Assembly (NCBI GenBank): GCA_965222225.1
Contig: CBDCTK010000002.1
Location: forward strand, 1,792,001 to 1,856,000
Direction: 5' to 3'
DNA from: Candidatus Poribacteria bacterium
GTDB taxonomy: Bacteria; Poribacteria; WGA-4E; JAJDTR01
Length of the DNA: 64,000 bases
Shown in pieces: positions 59,186 through 64,000 of this stretch. A program made the position numbers and the translations under genes. The notes under the pieces are model-generated. The model searched no databases. It saw only the letters and a list, made by a program, of their open reading frames with translations, and had not been told where the DNA came from. The number at the start of each line of letters is the position of its first letter. Positions within the stretch are counted from its first letter, which is position 1.

Positions 59186-60451
59186 CTATTCATCTATCCT
59201 GACAATATCTGCACCGATACCGGTTAGTTTCTCTTCAATCCGTTCATATCCGCGGTCAATATGATACACGCGAGAAACAACGGTCTCACCTTCTGCCGCC
59301 ATGCCTACAAGCACCAAGACGGCACCTGCCCGCAGGTCTGACGCCATGATGGGTGCACCGCTGAGTTTGGGCACCCCACGTACCGTCGCACGATTTCCGC
59401 GCACTCGAATGTCGGCTCCCATACGATTCAGTTCCGCAACATGCATAAACCGGTCGGTATGGATTGCTTCGGTAATAACGCTTGTACCTGCCACAACGCT
59501 CAGAAGACCCGTCATTTGAGCCTGCATATCGGTTGGAAACCCCGGAAACGGTTCAGTATTCAATTCAATAGCGCTGAGTTGGCGCGGGGTTGTCACGCGA
59601 ACACCATTTTCTTTCCAATCAAGCTGAACTCCTGTTTCGGACAGCGTTGCCGAGACGGCTTCAAGGTTTTTCTGCACGGCATCTTTCACAAACACATCTC
59701 CCCCGGTGATAGCGCCCGCTACCATGAAAGTGCCAGCTTCAATGTCATCCGGGACAATGCTGTATTCCGTTCCGCGCAACTGTTTCACGCCGTGTATTTT
59801 GAGAACTGACGTACCGATTCCCTCTATTTCTGCGCCCATCGCATTCAAAAAATTGGCGAGATCGGAAATGTGCGGTTCGCGTGCTGCATTCCGAATAACC
59901 GTTGTTCCCTCTGCCAAGGTTGCCGCCATCATAACATTCGCAGTCGCACCGACGCTCGGACCGTGGACGCCACCAAGATCCATGTCCGTCGCCACCAATC
60001 GGTCTGTTCGGGCGTGAATGTAGCCTCCCTTTATTTCAATCTGTGCTCCGAGTTGCTCTAAACCCTTTATATGAAGATCAATCGGCCGAGGACCAATAGC
60101 GCAGCCTCCCGGGAAGGAGACTTTAGCTCGACCAAGCCGCGCAAGGAGAGGCCCTAGCACATAGATTGAGGCGCGCATCTTCCGCACCAAATCGTAAGGT
60201 GCCTCATAAACAATATCGTTTCTAGGGGCAATATGGAGAGTTGAATCTCTGAACTTCGTGGCTGCGCCTAACACTTCCAGGACCGAACGCAGGGTTTCTA
60301 CATCTCTGAGATCCGGAACGTTGTTAATTACGCTTGCCCCATCTCCCAAAATTGATGCTGCAACCGCAATTGGTAGTGTTGCGTTTTTAGAGCCACTGAC
60401 CGACACCGTGCCTTCAAGCCGCTTGCCGCCTTTGATAACTAATTTATTCAT
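59186..60451 (-). CDS. murA: UDP-N-acetylglucosamine 1-carboxyvinyltransferase
   Basis: SGSKNA, PGGCAIG.RP, FPTDMQ, DLRAG, HIDRGY. Confidence 0.97.
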   Translation of the reverse strand: MNKLVIKGGKRLEGTVSVSGSKNATLPIAVAASILGDGASVINNVPDLRDVETLRSVLEVLGAATKFRDSTLHIAPRNDIVYEAPYDLVRKMRASIYVLGPLLARLGRAKVSFPGGCAIGPRPIDLHIKGLEQLGAQIEIKGGYIHARTDRLVATDMDLGGVHGPSVGATANVMMAATLAEGTTVIRNAAREPHISDLANFLNAMGAEIEGIGTSVLKIHGVKQLRGTEYSIVPDDIEAGTFMVAGAITGGDVFVKDAVQKNLEAVSATLSETGVQLDWKENGVRVTTPRQLSAIELNTEPFPGFPTDMQAQMTGLLSVVAGTSVITEAIHTDRFMHVAELNRMGADIRVRGNRATVRGVPKLSGAPIMASDLRAGAVLVLVGMAAEGETVVSRVYHIDRGYERIEEKLTGIGADIVRIDE

Positions 60452-60673
60452 CGGTAATTCTCCTTAGAAACTCAATTGGTTCAATGCGTTCCTGACCGGA
60501 GTTCTTGCTGTATAGCGCATCAACGATGCCAACAGATCTCCGTTTCATTCGTGCGTACTACAGCGGGCAATGCGCTCAAAAATGTGTCGAAAACACCCCA
60601 TGTCACGGATTGCCGACGTTGGTGTCGGACGACAACCTGTTTCAAATGACTTGGCGGACAATTGCGGAGTGAA

Positions 60674-60702
60674 GTATATCCCAGATGACATGAGTAATCA
60701 AG
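60674..60702 (-). promoter_or_regulatory. Sigma70 promoter upstream of murA
   Basis: TTGATT-N17-TATACT (coordinates +/-2 nt). Confidence 0.5.
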
Positions 60703-60884
60703 ATTATTCCCGTCGGGACACATATCAATTTCATCCGGTCATAGCAGATATGGGAATCAACGATTGTTAACCCTTTTCCGGCAGGAGTACTCCTTGTGCG
60801 CACACGTGCCGTGCGATTCTGTGAATCTAAGGATAATCGTAAGCCATCTGCGGAATAAGGGGGTATTCACACAACTAGGGGCAG

Positions 60885-62129
60885 CTATTCATGTCGCAAC
60901 GCCTCCGTGGGTGTCAATCTCGCCGCCTTGTATGCCGGATAAACTCCAAAGATGAGCCCGATAGCGACAGCAACACTAAACGCTAGGACAACTGCCTGCA
61001 CAGATACCGACGCGGGCCACGCTGTCTCTTTGATTAAGAACGTAGTGATTGCCCAGGCTGAACCGAACCCGATGCCTCCGCCGATGAATATGCCTATTAG
61101 CCCGCCAGAAACGCTTAAAACAATCGCTTCAATTAAGAACTGCTGCAAAATATCAATTTGTCGTGCACCGACCGCTTTCCGCAACCCAATCTCGCTTGTG
61201 CGCTCTGTTACCGAGACCAGCATAATGTTCATAATTCCGATGCCCCCTACAAACAACGCGATACTTGCCACTCCCCCAAGTAGGGCTTGAAGGATGCGGC
61301 TCACGTTTCCAACTTGCTTCAATATCTCCTTCGCGGTAAAGAATTCAAAAAACTCCTCCGAGCCATGTAGACGCCGTAAGGCAATCTTGACCTCTGCCAG
61401 CGCTTGATTCACCTTGTTAAAACTCACCGCTTGAATAAAGAGTTCAATGCCCCGCTTATTATTACCGAGAAAGTATGTCTCCATCGTGGTGAACGGGATG
61501 ATAATCCGCTCATCCCAGCCCTCGGTTGCCATCCTGTTCCCTTTTTCCTCCATCACTCCTATAACGGTAAATCGTCGGGTGCCTAGTTTCAATTCTTGAC
61601 CAATGGGATCAATGTTGCCAAACAAATCTTTTTGCACCTGCGAACCAATCACACTAACTGTATCCTTCCGGTCAAGATCGTCCTGACGAAGGAATCGCCC
61701 GGATTCTACGTACCAATTGTGTACCTGCTGATATAGTGGCGTTACCCCCTCAAATCGGAGTTCCTTACTTCTGTTGCCGTGTGAAGCACGCTTTCCCATA
61801 GCGTCAATGTCCGCCGAGACAGCCCTCACTGAAGGACAGGTGGCTAGGATGGATTCCACATCTTCGTATTCAATACGCTCGGGGCGCTTGTTTTCTTCCC
61901 ATGTCCCATCTGCTTGTTCCACCCATCTTGGGCGAATACAGACAATCGTGGTCGCGCCACCGATTCGTTCAAACTCCGCCAATACTAGCGATTCTGCACC
62001 ACCGCCAACTGAGACCATACCAACGACCGAGGAAATACCGATGATAATTCCTAGCATTGTCAGCAACGATCTTAGCTTATTTCGCCTTAGAGCAGATAAC
62101 CCAATGCCAAAACCCTGTATGATCTGCAT
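60885..62129 (-). CDS. MacB-type ABC transporter permease
   Basis: KLRSLLTMLGIIIG, GIMNIMLVSVTERT.EIG, YPA.KAA. Confidence 0.93.
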   Translation of the reverse strand: MQIIQGFGIGLSALRRNKLRSLLTMLGIIIGISSVVGMVSVGGGAESLVLAEFERIGGATTIVCIRPRWVEQADGTWEENKRPERIEYEDVESILATCPSVRAVSADIDAMGKRASHGNRSKELRFEGVTPLYQQVHNWYVESGRFLRQDDLDRKDTVSVIGSQVQKDLFGNIDPIGQELKLGTRRFTVIGVMEEKGNRMATEGWDERIIIPFTTMETYFLGNNKRGIELFIQAVSFNKVNQALAEVKIALRRLHGSEEFFEFFTAKEILKQVGNVSRILQALLGGVASIALFVGGIGIMNIMLVSVTERTSEIGLRKAVGARQIDILQQFLIEAIVLSVSGGLIGIFIGGGIGFGSAWAITTFLIKETAWPASVSVQAVVLAFSVAVAIGLIFGVYPAYKAARLTPTEALRHE

Positions 62130-62429
62130 CTTCTTCCGGTTAAACCCTTGAGCGTATGAACGAATCGCGGAATTACTGGAAATACACACGCTAAATCCGG
62201 ATAGCCAAATCAGGAGATTGAGACCGAGAATGCGTGAATGTATGCATGTGAAGCACATCACGCATCACGTATCGCGTTTGGAATTAGCGCAAACTTCCAA
62301 CTTCTATCCCTGAATCTTAGCATTGGGCAAGCGAACATGTCAAAGCATTCCTCCTGTTTCACGCTTGACAAACCTTAGAAATAGCATGTATCCTATTAAC
62401 ATATTGAGTGCCAATGATAATGCCGCAAC

Positions 62430-63266
62430 ATGACGAATAGCCATGATATGGAGACTCAAACAACGCCGACTGACGAAACCCTTAACGGTTTTCGAGCAAT
62501 TCAGGTTGATGTGCCCGACAATTTGAAGGAAATTCGAGTTATTCTCATTGAACCTCGTGAGCCGGGAAATATCGGATCCGTTGCACGGGCGATGAAAGGG
62601 ATGGGGTTGTCGCAACTTTATTTGGTCAATCCGGTACCGTTTCGCGAAGCCAAGGCTACATGGTATATGGCACACGGCGCAACAGACGTTATTGAGAATT
62701 GCCAAGTCGTGGACGTGCTGGAAGAAGCCTTGGAGGGGATTCAGTATCTCGTTGGTACAACCCACCGAAAACGAGGCGAGAGGTTAGCCCCTTGTGTTCC
62801 AGTGAGGAAAGTAGCACAACAAATCGCCGCCATATCGCAAAACCAAAAAGTCGCCGTGCTCTTTGGTCGGGAGGATTTCGGGTTGTCGAGCCATCAGATT
62901 AGCCTGTGCCAACTGACGGCGAGCATTCCAATGGCGACAAAAAATCCTTCACTTAACTTGGCACAGGCGGTGCAAATCTTTGCCTATGAAATCTTTCTCG
63001 CAAGCATAACAGAGATGCCGACTGAGGAGTATGAGTACGCCGAAGTAAACCAGATTGAAGCGTTTTATGGTCGAGTCACCAATCTGTTGAAAACGGTCGG
63101 TGTAACACCGTACAATCATGACTGGGAAACGTATCTGCGATCGCTTAGGCGCGTGTTTTCGCGAACACGTCTGGAAACGCGTGACATTGCCACGCTGGAT
63201 ATGATTTTTTCGACGACAAATCGATACATTGATAGATTGGAGAAGAAACTCGAAGAACGGGACTGA
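62430..63266 (+). CDS. TrmJ/TrmH-family SPOUT RNA methyltransferase
   Basis: PGNIGSVARAM, FGREDFGL, SLNLAQAV. Confidence 0.92.
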   Translation: MTNSHDMETQTTPTDETLNGFRAIQVDVPDNLKEIRVILIEPREPGNIGSVARAMKGMGLSQLYLVNPVPFREAKATWYMAHGATDVIENCQVVDVLEEALEGIQYLVGTTHRKRGERLAPCVPVRKVAQQIAAISQNQKVAVLFGREDFGLSSHQISLCQLTASIPMATKNPSLNLAQAVQIFAYEIFLASITEMPTEEYEYAEVNQIEAFYGRVTNLLKTVGVTPYNHDWETYLRSLRRVFSRTRLETRDIATLDMIFSTTNRYIDRLEKKLEERD

Positions 63267-63522
63267 ATTGTAACCGACTCCTAGGCGTAAACCTCGGCAC
63301 AATCATTACTCCGGTATCCGAATGTTGAAATCCGAAGACTCTTCAATCGATCGTATTGCCATTTTCAGCACATAACCGCTGAAGGCACCCCTACCCTCAG
63401 ACGCAGTGTTCGCATAAACTCGCTTACGGCAAGCATTCTGTGGATAGACATTGTTTCAGTTCTCTTGCTTATGTCCGAGCCTTTTCCATTGTCGTTTACA
63501 TCGTAGAACCAAACCCAACCGA

Positions 63523-64000
63523 ATGGACGATAAAGCCAACCCTACTCCACAACTACCTCCTAATCAATCGCTAACCAGTAGCGCAATCATCGCGATTATC
63601 TCTATTGTGTTTGCGGCGGGTTGGATTGCGTTTGCATACTACAAGGGCACAGATTCGGTGACTGCGGACGGAAAGAGCATTTTGTTGCTGCATCCGGTGG
63701 TCGCGGTTATACTCGTTGCCCTTCTTCTCCGAATAAGGCCGCTCATTGATGTCAAGAGTGTGGTCGATCTACACATTCTGATGATAGCCATCTGGGTATT
63801 CAAGAATCTCTTGGGTGTCTTGATGCCCTTCCTGCTTGGGTTCGGGATTGCCTATTATATGCGATTCCTGCTTGATGCCATACAAGATATTCCGCTGCCC
63901 AAAGGCAGACGTTTGCAACTCCCGCGCCCCCTCGCGCGCGGTATATTGACCATATGCATACTTGGTATTTTCACGCTACTCTTCTTTTATATCGTCCCGC
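63523..64000 (+). CDS. AI-2E family transporter (partial, runs off window end)
   Basis: Manual translation MDDKANP...LMPFLLGFGIAYY...LPRPLARGIL. Confidence 0.65.
   Translation, partial: MDDKANPTPQLPPNQSLTSSAIIAIISIVFAAGWIAFAYYKGTDSVTADGKSILLLHPVVAVILVALLLRIRPLIDVKSVVDLHILMIAIWVFKNLLGVLMPFLLGFGIAYYMRFLLDAIQDIPLPKGRRLQLPRPLARGILTICILGIFTLLFFYIVP

Noticed and set aside
57-63302. Numerous short antisense or overlapping ORFs in the six-frame track
   Set aside because: They shadow well-supported genes and lack motifs or RBSs

Overview
Bacterial chromosomal window, probably Candidatus Poribacteria or a similar diderm (inferred from a FlgD-like sorting tail, BatA/vWA, PorX-like regulator and GTAG-type REPs). 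Housekeeping blocks (nadC, iscS-mrp, glcD/E, dsbD, TonB receptor, fdhD, hisD, murA, TrmJ-like) flank a decayed accessory region (~29.1-44.4 kb) next to tRNA-Thr/tRNA-Phe. That region holds an ISAs1 remnant, a MITE, a BlaI/BlaR1-ECF cluster and several hallmark-free foreign DNA insertions. The standout is 50654-53935(-): one 1093-aa ORF carrying collinear RNA polymerase beta then beta' core segments, including the catalytic NxDFDGD. By manual alignment it lacks the flap, zinc-binding domain, rudder, fork loop 2 and trigger loop. It lies 84 bp downstream of an ECF sigma gene with no anti-sigma neighbour: a candidate miniature single-chain RNAP/sigma module. All alignments were done by eye against remembered E. 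coli RpoB/RpoC; no searches were run.
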